Positions 1 through 11,656 of a stretch of 64,000 nucleotides of DNA are shown here, in pieces; positions within the stretch are counted from its first letter, which is position 1; each line of letters opens with the position of its first letter. Under the pieces are notes generated by a model. That model did not search any database, was not told the DNA's origin, and saw nothing but the letters and a program-made list of their open reading frames with translations. Position numbers and translations under genes: made by a program. The DNA is from Podarcis vaucheri. Taxonomy: Eukaryota. The stretch is from NCBI GenBank assembly GCA_965113315.1, contig OZ220366.1. One strand, given 5' to 3'.

Positions 1-357
1 TGTGTCAAAAACCTCTTGTGGAATATGCCAACCAAAACACCAAACTGGAGAGGTTTAGGTACCAGAATCACAATTTATGTGTAATTTTTCAGTTTAGTGG
101 TATTATTTGGGGCTGATGGTAGATTTAACACTGATGCATATTACAATGCCAGTGGTGTTATATGGGGCTGGGATTGCAAAGATTTTTCAGGGGGAATATG
201 AATTTAGGTCCCTCAGCCGGACACAATATCAGGGCCAGGGGAAGTGGCAATGTCCCAGGAGCATGCTTGACTTCATTTACATGCATAGGATCTAATCTTC
301 CTGCTTTATGTGTAGCGGCAGCAGAAGAGAGCTTGTAGCCTCTCATCCAGCAACTAC

Positions 358-616
358 CAGCCAGCATGGTATAGTGGTTAAGTGTGGTGGACTCGTAATC
401 TGGTGAACCGGGTTCACTTCCCCGCTCCTCCACATGCAGCTGCTGGGTGACCTTGGGCTAGTCACACTCCTCTGAAGTCTCTCAGCCCCACTCACCTCAC
501 AGAGTATTTGTTGTGGGGGAGGAAAGGAAAGGAGAATGTGAGCCGCTTTGAGACTCCTTAAGGGGAGTGAAAGGCAGGATATCAAGTCCAAACTCTTCTT
601 CTTCTTCTTCTTCTTC
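358..616 (+). mobile_element. Squam3-type tRNA-derived CORE-SINE with (CTT)n tail
   Basis: tRNA-like head with A box (TGGTATAGTGG) and B-box-like GGTTCACTTCC, CORE-like GCTGGGTGACCTTGGGCTAGTCAC, ending AAACT(CTT)n. A reverse-complement copy lies at 10554-10795. Confidence 0.8.
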
Positions 617-756
617 CCCCATGACACAGACATGCACACTTCCCTGAATTCCTCTGGAATGACACATTGAATATCTACGGGGGCAGAATGGCAATTGGAA
701 AGTTCATTTGCTGTGACTGCTGGTGCCACAGACCCCCTTCCTTCCTTCCTGAATAA

Positions 757-804
<48 letters not shown>
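757..804. repeat. (AAT)n microsatellite, about 16 units
   Basis: Directly visible; explains the poly-Ile ORFs. Confidence 0.97.
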
Positions 805-810
<6 letters not shown>

Positions 811-3800
811 GCACCACCACAGTAAGCATGTTAACCCTCTGAATTGGGAAGAGTTATGTTTTAGGATGGGCATTTATAACTTGGATAAATTCCTTCCCCC
901 CACCCCACTCACAAGACCAGTCGATGACAAGAAAACTTTTGTGGAAATACTACTTTTTTGTATGACAACAGAAGGAAAACCAGAAAAAAGGCATATTGAG
1001 CCTTAACCTTTAATGTCCCTTAATGTAACCAAATTACATAGTCAGAGATAGATAACTTCTGTCCTAGGTACTTTATCTAGTAAAATCTCCCAAGTGCTAT
1101 ATTTTTACAAAGGCTAACTTCTCAAACCTCATGACACATTTCATTAGGATCCTAGGGGGGTTGCTTAAGTATATTATTAGAATGACTCATTTTTCTGTCC
1201 AGCTAATCTCCGTAGCCTGGATATTGTAGCAATAATTGACAGATAAAGATAGGTTAACGCAAATGTGCCTTTTCTGTAGAGATTAGGAGGTGCAAACTTA
1301 CCGTACTGCTTTTCTGTTGTTGTTGAGTACCCATAATGGAGTATGTTGCCATGTCCCTTTCTGTCCTTTACAAGCATTATCTGTAATAATAGTTTATAGA
1401 AAGTTTGGTGTCATTGCTGTGGAGATGGGAGTGGGGCAGCTTGAAACTTTAAAACAACCTTTTCAGCATTTACTCATTTAAAATCATTGTCATTGGCCAT
1501 TGCTTTCTGTTACAGCTCATCCTCTTTTCATAATTTGAAGTAATGAATAGTGATGAGTTTTTATCAGATTATGCAGAATCTGTGAGGAATGGCTCATAGA
1601 ACCATTTCTCTCTGCACATGTCCGAAATAGAAAACTATATCCTAAGTTTGTTTATAAGGAGCATGTCAGAAATGTACCCACTGTTTCATTTCCTGCATTT
1701 CATATACCCAACTCCAATTTTCTGCCATTTTTATTGAAAGCCCACTTCAGTGCATTATCCAAGCTCTTGCTAGCAAACAAAATCTCTGAGATGACATATC
1801 CATTATTGGGGATGATTGAGGCAATGGCATCAGCTAACTTCCTGAAACAGACATCTCCAATAGAGTAATAACTATCAATCAGATAGATTATAGTATGATA
1901 AGAAACAAGCAAAAAATGAACAAATAATACTTGTATAAAGGAAAAGCACATAGTAACCCATTACAAGCACAGCACAGACATCCTCCCATGCTTTCCCACC
2001 TTATTAAATCCCAGGGTAGTAGCAGAAAAAGGAAGAAATGAGCCGAAGTGGAATGGAGGACAGGAAATAGGCAGAGTCTCTAAACAGTATCATCCACCAG
2101 TGATTGTCCACCGGCAGAAAGGACTTCTGCTTGCACAAGAGGGCTTCCCCATTCTACTCTCAGAAGCTTCTCTGGGGGATTCAGGGACCTTCAGGAGCAG
2201 ATTGGGGGGTACTCAGGGAGCTGCACAGAGTGGAGTCCAACTACAAATAAATGATCAACACAGATTCATTTATTACTACCCAGTGCTGGGAATAGACACA
2301 ACATTGCTTTCAATGAATCACCACCACAAACAAATTTATTATTCTCCCGCAGAAGACAGTATGCTGAAACGCAGTGGACATACTGCTTCTTTTGATGTCT
2401 GTTTACAGCCTGAGCATCATTTTGAGGCTTTGCACTTTACCATACCACTTATTTAGTATGATGCAATATCAGTTCCACCAAGTTGTTTTCAATTGAGAGC
2501 AAATGGCCCTTCAAGAAAAGCTTGCCAGGCTTTTCAGACACCTGAGGTCCCATTTGCTGCTCCCCTCCCACTAAGGACCTTATGCAAGTCACTTAAGTAG
2601 AGCCCATTTACAAGGACTGCCATTGAATTAATGAGTCATTTTGAAAATTGCTATCCAGCTCCAATATAAAAATCTAGCATGATAAAAACTAGTAGGAGGC
2701 AGTAATGTTGCCTCATTTTGAATCCTAAGCTCCTAGCTTATTGCTGGGCATAAAGAGGCTGCAGTGGTTAAGGCAAACCTTAACTTTAAGGCAGGAGTTT
2801 TGACGTGTGACCATGGATGGTGCAGAACAAATGCATAACAGGACTTGGGAGTTCAATGTTTTGTCGTTCCTGAAATTAGTCCCTATTCCTTTCACTTCCC
2901 CAGTTGTCATAAATAGATTCTCTGTTCCTCTTGTTCCCACAGGGAGCAGCTTCATCCCTTCACTTTTGTGCTGGTTTGGTCTATGTGGTGAGAATACCAC
3001 AGGGAAAATGCAAAGCACAATAAGCACCACTATCACAGTGCCAAGAAAAAGCAGCAGAAATATGTTGGTGGAAGAAGATAAAGCCACCTGACTTTGCATG
3101 TTTTTATCCTCTCTGCATGGTGAAAGCACCACTCAGAGATAGAATCAGCACAAAAAGAACCTAGGAAACCATCCTTTTGTAGAATAAAGTGGTAACAGAG
3201 AAAGAAAAAGAAAACATCTTACTCTGCCTAGTCTTGGAAATGTTAAAATGCATCCTGCAAATTCTGGTTGTTGGTGGGTTTAACCATTAGGCAGAACACT
3301 TACAGCCTACTTTGCAGCATGCCTGTATATGCTGTTCTCTGTGTGCTATGCATTTGAAAAGTTAAGCCACTTCAGCCTTCTCACCCAAGGCCATGTTGAG
3401 CATCTGCAGTCACAACTCTTTTTTCTGCAGAAGAGGTGTGCAGGTGTTAAGCTGCCTTTGACACAAGGGATTTTGCTTGTATCACTTATATGGATTTGTG
3501 CATTTACATTTTAAAGCCCAAGTCTTAAAAATGTTATCACACTAATGCAGGAGGTCTTTCACTTCACCAGACTCTGAAAGCTGCTCTCACATGTAATGAA
3601 AACTTCTGTATGGCATTATGTTTAAGCTACCCTGTTCCTGCACTCAATTAATACATCTACCTTTATAAAAAGGGCACCTTCTGGTTTGAGTGAGTCATGC
3701 CTCATTTTTCTCTTGAATATTCAAGGCATTTCCAGGCATGGGTGCTTACGAGTGTCAGGTATACTCTATCAGACACTCACAAGCCCAAACGGGATTGCAC

Positions 3801-3843
3801 TGATCCCTGCAGGAAAAGCCTGGGTCACTTCAGCACAAGGATA

Positions 3844-4084
3844 CAGTCGTACCTTGGTTCTCAAATGTAATCCATTCTGGAAGTCCGTTTGACTTCCAAA
3901 ATGTTCGAAAACCAAGGCGTGGCTTCCGATTGGCGCAGGCACCCCAGAAACAATAGCCGACAGCCACATCAGACGTTTGGCTTCCAAAAAATGTTCGAAA
4001 ACTGGAACACTTACTTCTGGGTTTTCGGCGTTCGGAAGCTGAAATGTTCAAATACCAAGGCATTTGAGAACCAAGATTCCGCTT
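3844..4084. mobile_element. Tc1/mariner-pogo (Tigger-like) MITE with a decayed right end
   Basis: Left end TA|CAGTCGTACCTTGGTTCTCAAA; partial inverted copy TTTGAGAACCAAG at about 4063-4075. Confidence 0.65.
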
Positions 4085-4974
4085 TGGAAACATTTGGTTT
4101 CCTCTTTAGAAAAGCAAACACCCAATCAAGTGAGCTGCCACAGGGTGGGAGGAGACAAGGAGATAAGAGGCCATAGGCTGCTAAAGGATTAGAACTATGT
4201 ATTGTAGTGGCAGAGGACCCCTACTCAGAAGAAAGTTCTGCTGTGTTCAGTGGGGTTTGCTTCCTAATAAGTGTGTCTAGTATCGTTGCTTAAATATGGC
4301 CGTGGGGAAAAAGTATTGTAGTGCAAACCTTGTCTTGTAGAAACGGTCATGTGGAGACCTGTGCAGGCAGACAAGCTATTCTATACATATGAAGTCACAT
4401 GGTGATTCCAGTTATATAAAATGGGCCTAGGTTTTCCCCCCTGTTCCCAGTAGCTATCATGCATAATGAATAGAAATCCCACACACAAATTTACTTCTTG
4501 TTCAAAAGCTAGTTTAGAAAAGGGTGTGTATTCCTTTTTAAAGTGTTTTGCAAGTCCTCATTCATTATATTTTTTCCACTGTATGATTTAAACTTCAAAA
4601 AGGGTTTTAATGCACAAGGAGGGGTTGCCATGTTGATAAAAACCACTTTGATGTTAGCAACAACACCTTCTCGAGGAAACATGAAAAAAATCTTGCTAAT
4701 GAATTTGTATGAAGAAGTACAAATTATTAAAGCAGACATGGCTCAGTCCATGTGTAGATTATAAATGAGGGTGGCAGAAATGTTAAACTCAATTCACACT
4801 AAGCATATGTGATGTTATGGCACAGTTCACTACATTAAGCTGTTTCATTTGCTAGCGTAGTGATGTTCGTGTATTGATAGCTGAACTGTAAGAATCCTCT
4901 CTCTTGAAAAGCAGGAAACATTGTTCACTGATTCAACAAAGCAAGATGTCACACTACTTTTATTTGCATTTTAG

Positions 4975-5062
4975 GTCAGCCTCAAAACATGTAGATAAAG
5001 ACCTTGGAAATATAGAGGAAAACAAAAAGTTAGAAGAAAACAATCACAAATCGGAAGCTTGA
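4975..5062 (+). CDS. ALCAM: ALCAM/CD166 last coding exon (cytoplasmic tail); the exon continues as UTR to 5094
   Basis: Acceptor tttgcattttag at 4974. Translates SASKHVDKDLGNIEENKKLEENNHKSEA*, matching the recalled ALCAM C-terminus (human TASKHVNKDLGNMEENKKLEENNHKTEA). Donor CAG|GTAGGT at 5095. ALCAM-CBLB synteny is conserved. Confidence 0.96.
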
Positions 5063-5687
5063 GATAGAGAACTTGTCAGTCACCACCATTCCAGGTAGGT
5101 GTGAACAATTTCATAATGTTGTCTATCTGTACTCTGTATATGATTTGAATGGCTTTTAGTCTCTGCATTGCTGAAGTGTTTGTAGTATTTACACATCAAG
5201 ATGAACCTAGGTTTATCTGCTCAACATTTGGAAGGCCTTCAGAAATGCTTTCAGTTGCTTGGGGCTTTCTGTGGTGTTATTTGAAAAACAAACAACGGTT
5301 ATCACCTCACCAAGAGACAAACTGTTATCAATAGAATCTTATCAATTGTTATCAATAGAATCTGCTATCAATAGAATCTATCTTGGACTTCCTAAGACCT
5401 CTAAGCACTTTAGCACCACACTGTTCACTAAAATAACACACACTATTCACTAAAATAACGGAAGCAACTCCAGGGCTAAGTATACTCCTGGGTGTCTTCT
5501 AGGTCAACCAGTGTGCCTGTTTTGACTGGATATGAACTCCTGGTTCAAACAGGCCACTCTGTCCACCACCAATCACTGCAATTTATCTATATGTCTCTGT
5601 ACACCAGGGGCTCAGTGCTATTTGTTTAATCTTTTTCTCGAAGGTCAAAAGTTTGAAAGAATATCTAGCCATGACAGATTACATGTA

Positions 5688-5862
5688 TCCAGTTACAGAT
5701 AGGTAGCCGTGTTGGTCTGCCATAGCCAAAATAAAAAAAATTCCTTCCAGTAGCACCTTAAAGACCAACTAAGTTAGTTCTTGGTATGAGTACACGTGTA
5801 TCTGAAGAAGTGTGCATGCACACGAAAGCTCATACCAAGAACTAACTTAGTTGGTCTTTAAG
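5688..5862. mobile_element. Short Penelope-like element (PLE) with inverted-repeat structure
   Basis: Starts TCCAGTTACAGATAGGTAGCCGTGTTGGTCTG. 34-bp perfect inverted arms at 5757-5790 and 5829-5862. Flanking direct repeat AGATTACATGTA at 5676-5687 and 5861-5872. Carries a hammerhead motif; related copies at 37707 and 42791. Confidence 0.75.
5796..5836 (+). ncRNA. Minimal type I hammerhead ribozyme (PLE-associated)
   Basis: GTAT-CTGAAGA-A-GTGTGCATGCACAC-GAAA-GCTC-ATAC: stem I GUAU/AUAC, core CUGANGA, palindromic stem II, GAAA, palindromic AGCU stem III. Cleavage predicted after C5831. Confidence 0.75.
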
Positions 5863-6588
5863 ATTACATGTAGGTTGTGCTACTTCAAAGCAGTAAGTTG
5901 GACTGAGTTTGTTCTGATGGCAGTTCTATACCACTGTGAAGAGACTTTCTTTTCAGAAGCCCTGTGCTAGCACTCTCCAGAAACAAAGTATGAATAGATT
6001 TTCGGTCCAAAAATACTCATTTCAGAATGAGTAACACTGGGACCAAGACTCAAGAGTTAGACTGTGTACATTAAAAGTACATCCTGGGCTAAGTGTAGTT
6101 TACCCCTTATAGAGCTGCAATTTCCAGCACACTTTACAATCTACAGTTACCAATATTTGAGGGTGGGGTGGGGGAAGGATGCTTTAATTGTATGCAAGAC
6201 AAAGAGCTAAGGCAAAAAAGAGAAGGCAGTCAATGTTTAGGAAAGCCTCAGGAACAGAGCCTCAGGCAACAGGGCCGGCACTGATCGAGGGCTTGCTCAG
6301 CACTGTCATGGCACCTTTATAACTTTTCAAAAGTCAGTCGAGAGATTCAAAACCTTTTATGATTTTGGAAAATATTTTTAAGACTTGCTGGCGAATTATA
6401 ATGCACTCTTCATTGTTGTGCATTTCACGGTGTTCTATGGTAGCCTTCATTTATTTCTTCCTTTTTTATTTTTATGGCATGCATTTTATGTGGGAAAACT
6501 AATATCCCTCGTCCCACCCACCCCCATTTGTGTATTATCATCAACATACAAGTTCATCTTGACTGACCTTGTTTTTTCTCATTTTCAG

Positions 6589-8410
6589 AGAATAAACATA
6601 GACCAACTGAAGCATGAACATGGATTGTATTTAAGATATATACAAAGACATGACAGCTATTCATGGTTCAAGTATTACACAGATCATTCTATCAAGTTTT
6701 TGGAGGAATTTACACAGTTATTTCAAGCTTACAAAAATATCAGCAAAACTAATTTTGGCGGCAGCCGTGATAATAGGTCACAAATTTGTGTTCTGTTTGA
6801 ATATCTTTTTTCCTTTTCCTTTTTCTTTTTTTGTAAATGTCTGCACTGAAGATTTCTTTTGGTTTGCCTTTATGTAAATTTTTTACGTAGCTATTTTTAT
6901 ACACTGTAAGGCTTTGTTCTGGGAGTCGCTGGTAATCTGATGTATAGTGTAATGTTTTTATTTCCATTGTTTTTTGCACCCTTTAAAGAGGTACATTTCT
7001 AATTCTGATTGCTATCAGTAAAGCTCTTACTTTGCACAGCAAGTATCTAATTTATAAGATTGCCTTATGGGAAAATGAGACACTTCTCTCTATGTTTTTC
7101 AATCACCACTAAAGGAAAAAGGGGGGAATAAATCTGTAAAAGAAAAATAAGTAAAAGCAAACTAACCGGTTTTTGAAATAATGAACACCTGCTCAACTAC
7201 AAAGGACATGTATATAATTTACAAAAGGAGAGTAAGGTATTAAACAAGATTCATGTTGTCATGTATACAGATGTCCTACTAACAAGTCTTTTTTAGACAG
7301 GAAAATCTTTTTATTGATAGCATTCTGGAAAACTAATTGTTATTGCAATTCCATGATATATAGTGTGAATGACTGAAATTAAGAATTAGTTCTGAAATAT
7401 TTTTGTTATCCACTGCCTTAAATATTATCTATCTTTTTATTTTAAAAGAAAAAAAGATCAGTTGAAATTGGAAGTTTTTGGGTTTTTTTAAGTGGTCATA
7501 TCAAAGCTGCATTTTTCCACAAAATAGAATATATATTTTTGTGTGTGTGCGTTTTTGTTAACTACACTACAGATATTGCACCTTGAGATAATTTTAGTGT
7601 TTTTAACTGGTACATAATTTATCAAAAAAGTACATGAAATTGTAACAATGAAATGAAATCTATGTATCTTTAGTTACATTCAAGATTGTAACTTTATAAA
7701 CCTGTTTTATGCTTGATAATTTTTTTAGAAAGTTAGCATAAAAAGAAACATTTGAATAGATCGGGGCAAATAGACAGCAGTATTTAGCAGTGCTCTTTTA
7801 GCGGAAAAATAGCATCTGGGAGAATGTGCTAGATAATTTTTGATAACGGCAGGAAAATATTACTGGAATGGAAGTTTCTGTTTACAGATTTACGAGCCAG
7901 GAAAACAGGAAGATTCTGTAGATTGTGGGGAGTTTAAGAAGAAGAAAAATAGAGATGGAAATTAGGAAATGTATTTTGCCACTTTGGGGGGGGGGAACAC
8001 TGTTGTAAATTTGTAAAATGTTAAATGTCTGGGCAGTAGTGACTGATGTCTTAAATAAAAGCTTCCTGTAGTGTACTGGCATGGATTAAATACATGAAAT
8101 GTCCTATAAATTCAATACTGTATAAAATATTACAGAAAAAAACTGTTAAAGTCCTCTCTGCATTGGTTAAGGCTTTATTTGGCAGGGGAACAAAAAAATT
8201 AATCTTGGTCAATGTTTAAACCAAAGTTAAAAGGGGGATAAAACCAAAGTCATTTGTTTTGCATGGCAAAGCCATTTATGATATCTTTGTAAATACTGTG
8301 GTTGTTTTTTTTCCTTTTCCTTTTTTTTAGAATTTTGTTTTTTTTTAAAAAAAATCTAAAATTTTTAAGCACCTGTTTTCCAAAATAAAATGTGAACACA
8401 CACAAAAAAA
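6589..8410 (+). other. ALCAM: ALCAM terminal non-coding exon (3' UTR)
   Basis: Branch-like CTGAC at 6563 and pyrimidine tract ending TTTTCAG at 6588. The start resembles the recalled human ALCAM 3' UTR (ATAGACCAA.TGAAGCATGAAC.TGGATTGTATTTAAGA). AU-rich with no recognisable transposons. 3' end approximate. Confidence 0.8.
8384..8389 (+). terminator. ALCAM: Likely ALCAM polyadenylation signal AATAAA
   Basis: AATAAA with U-rich sequence upstream and U/GU-rich TTTTGTTTTGGCGTG about 35 nt downstream. Confidence 0.7.
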
Positions 8411-9163
8411 GATTATATATAATTTTGTTTTGGCGTGAAGACATCATTGCTTATAAGAGAAGATCCAATTGGTGTGAGTACAGTAAAGGGAAAAGACTTG
8501 CACTGCAATATCATGTCTTTTAAGTTTTATGAAACGTAAGCATACAAAAGTAGTCCCATTAACAAAAGGATCTCTCCTGATCTGTAAAAGAGCCATGCAA
8601 CTGACCAGACTTGAAACAAGAGTGGACACCAAAAAATGAGAGTGCTCAACTTCTGCATCCAGTGTCATTATGGGAAACCAAACTCTCACCTTTTGAATTT
8701 CTACTGGCCATTCCAATGTAATTCTTGGGGGGTGTTTCTTCACTGTTGACATCAGACATGTTTCAGGAATCAACAGTACAAATTAATTGTTGCAATTCAT
8801 GCCTGAAAGACAATAAAAGTGAAGTATGTTTTCACATTCCTGTCTGACATTTCAGTTCAAGTGGGATATTCATACCTGCATGAAATAGCTCAGTAATTTG
8901 GTTGGCATGGGTCCTGGTCAGGCAGATGCTTTTGCACATGCATAACTTCAGTCTGTTAGTGCCAAGAGACTGGACAGCTGGGAGTTGTGGTACAGAGAAC
9001 ATTGGGAAGCTCCATGAATGTATTACTCATGCACACAGCAGGACAAAGAGATGGACAAGACAAAAGGGGATAGTAAAGTAGCAGAGAAAACACATTCAGG
9101 TGCAACCCAGAGAAAGTAATAGACTCAAGTCCTATGGTAATCAGTGAACCACAGCACACAGTA

Positions 9164-9530
9164 AAGGTAAAGGTAAAGGTACCCCTGCCCGAACGGGCCA
9201 GTCTTGCCAGACTCTGGGGTTTGTGCGCCCATCTCACATCTATTGGCCGGGGGCCAGCGCTGTCCGGAGACACTTCCGGGTCACGTGGCCAGCGTGACAA
9301 CGCTGCTCTGGCGAGCCAGAGCCGCACACGGAACGCCGTTTACCTTCCCGCTGGTAAGCGGTCCCTATTTATCTACTTGCCCCCGGGGGTGCTTTCGAAC
9401 TGCTAGGTTGGCAGGCGCTGGGACCGAGCAGCGGGAGCGCACCCCGTCGCGGGGATTCGAACCGCCGACCTTTCGATCGGCAAGCCCTAGGCGCTGAGGC
9501 TTTAGCCCACAGCGCCACCCGCGTCCCACT
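9164..9530 (-). mobile_element. Full-length Sauria SINE (Squam1), young and CpG-rich
   Basis: Minus strand begins GGGACGCGGGTGGCGCTGTGG, has B box GGTTCGAATCC and ends (TACCTT)n. 13-bp TSD ACAGCACACAGTA at 9151-9163 and 9531-9543. Confidence 0.92.
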
Positions 9531-9623
9531 ACAGCACACAGTACTCAAGTACTATTGTTTCCACTGGGATTTTTTTTTAAGAACTCAACTTTTGCTGGCT
9601 TGGGTCTGGCCCATGAAGAGATA

Positions 9624-9977
9624 AAGGAAAAGGGACCCCTGACCATTAGGTCCAGTCATGACCGACTCTGGGGTTGCAGCGCACTCATCTCGCTTTATTG
9701 GCCGAGGGAGCCGGCGTACAGCTTCCGGGTCATGTGGCCAGCATGACTAAGCTGCTTCTAGCAAAACCAGAGCAGTGCAAGGAAACGCCGTTTAACTTCC
9801 CGCCAGAGCGATACCTATTTATCGACTTGCACTTTGACGTGCTTTCGAACTGCTAGGTTGGCAGGAGCAGGGACCGAGCAACGGGAGCTCACCCCGTCGC
9901 GGGGATTCGAACTGCTGACCTTCTGATCGGCAAGTCCTAGGCTCTGTGGTTTAACCCACAGCTCCACCCGCGTCCCT
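9624..9977 (-). mobile_element. Full-length Sauria SINE (Squam1), second subfamily
   Basis: Same head and body as the copy at 9164. 28-bp TSD TGGCTTGGGTCTGGCCCATGAAGAGATA at 9596-9623 and 9978-10005. Confidence 0.92.
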
Positions 9978-10553
9978 TGGCTTGGGTCTGGCCCATGAAG
10001 AGATAGGGAAGAATAATTATGCATATTGCATACGGGGTAGACAGACTAGAAAAGAGCCTGGGAAAGGTCCAAGTCTCATGGATGCAAGCTACCCAGAGAA
10101 CTCTGAAATGCTCTCCAACATACTGATGCCAGAAACTGGGATGCGCATCTTCCCAGCCATGCTGCCATGCAAGAGCACAGTGCCCCAAAATGGGATGTCC
10201 TGATTTAATGGGGGCAGTAGAGCAGTGTTTTTTGATACTTTATGCACCTGTGCATGCAAGTATGGCTGAATGGAAAATGGTAAGCAGGCTTCTTTGACTT
10301 CCCTTTCATTCTGTGATTAAAGAATGAGTCTGACTCACGGCCAGAGGACAGGGTAAATGCTCAGACGAGGCCTTTGTTGTTTGTAAGTGGTGACAGATGA
10401 CAAGGAAAAAAATTGTTAAAAATATAGAAACTTAAAAATGGGCTATGTTAAATTCAGTTATTAAAAAGATTGTAGGAAAAGGAAGTACCACATTTGCAAG
10501 TAGGTGGTTTGGAGCGACAGGAAGAAGAGAATGGATTAGGCCTTGGAAGTATA

Positions 10554-10795
10554 GAAGAAGAGTTTGGATTTGATATCCCACTTTATCACTACCCTAAGGA
10601 GTCTCAAAGTGGCTAACAATCTCCTTTCCCTTCCTCCCCCACAACGAACACTCTGTGAGACGAGTGAGGCTGAGAGACTTCAGAGAAGTGTGACTAGCCC
10701 AAGGTCACCCAGCAGCTGCATGTGGAGGAGCGGAGACGCGAACCCGGTTCCCCAGATTACGAGTCTGCCGCTCTTAACCACTACACCACACAGGG
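10554..10795 (-). mobile_element. Squam3-type CORE-SINE
   Basis: Reverse-complement homologue of 358-616, with the (CTT) tail at its left end. Confidence 0.8.
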
Positions 10796-11656
10796 CAATG
10801 AAATGGGGCTGTGAGGCTTCCTCTCTATTAGGAAAGTGACTTTGGGTCCCTACCAGGTTACAACCTCCAACTTACCAATTGTTGTCACTCAAGCTCCATA
10901 CAGGAACAGGAAATATCCACAATGGGAGTGAGACTGGGTATGCCATGCAAATCAGCCTCACTGTCCACAATGTTTTCTACCCACTTCTGCTTGAATGAGA
11001 GTAGAACTCTCCTTGCAACCAGAAACCCAGATAAAGGAAGATTCCCAATCGTGCAGCAAATTCTACTCATGTTGAAATGAATGTGCATAGAAGCCCCCTC
11101 CAGACTTTAGAAGCAGGAAAGTTAGGGGCTCAGCAGACACAGATGTTGATGAAATGGGTGCCATGTGCTGCCCAAGGCTCCTTACACAGCTCGTTCCTTG
11201 TTCAAGTATATGCAGCCTTTGGGGGCAGGGCCTCAGGCTCCTAGCTAGAGTGCTACATCTTGCTTGGGCATAAGGCCTGAACAGGGTTTTTTTCAGCCTT
11301 TTCCAAAAAGAGATGGCTTAATAATTCTCAATAATCTAGTGCCTTTATCTAGCTCACTTTCTAGTCTACTGCATTTTGCACCTTTTCTCAGGGCAGCCTA
11401 CACAATGGCATTGTATCTACTAAAAGCAAATTCTGCTCCTTACATAGCCAAAATGGCACAAGAGAGAGTGGTCAGCTGGTTTTGGGGAAGTGCAAAATGG
11501 AGGAGGAGGAGGAGGAGGAGTGGTGTGAGGGGCTGAGCCTGTCAAGAGAGAAATATAGAGTGAATTGAATAGTGTCCTAGAAGGCAGCACTGATGGATTA
11601 GCTGTAAAGCTGAACAGGAACACACCACACTACAACATTTTGTTGCAGAACATAGT

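Noticed and set aside
343-1006. ORFs with poly-Ile/poly-Lys/poly-Glu tracts
   Set aside because: Artefacts of the (AAT)n microsatellite and the SINE (CTT)n tail.
2725-3132. 135-aa minus-strand ORF with a transmembrane-like stretch
   Set aside because: No recognisable homology or splice support; antisense within an ALCAM intron, and not the ALCAM transmembrane exon.
6385-6849. 154-aa ORF
   Set aside because: Spans the ALCAM intron/3' UTR boundary; low-complexity translation of T-rich DNA.
358-10795. Inverted Squam3 pair as a circRNA driver for ALCAM
   Set aside because: The second copy lies beyond the likely poly(A) site, and the terminal exon has no donor.
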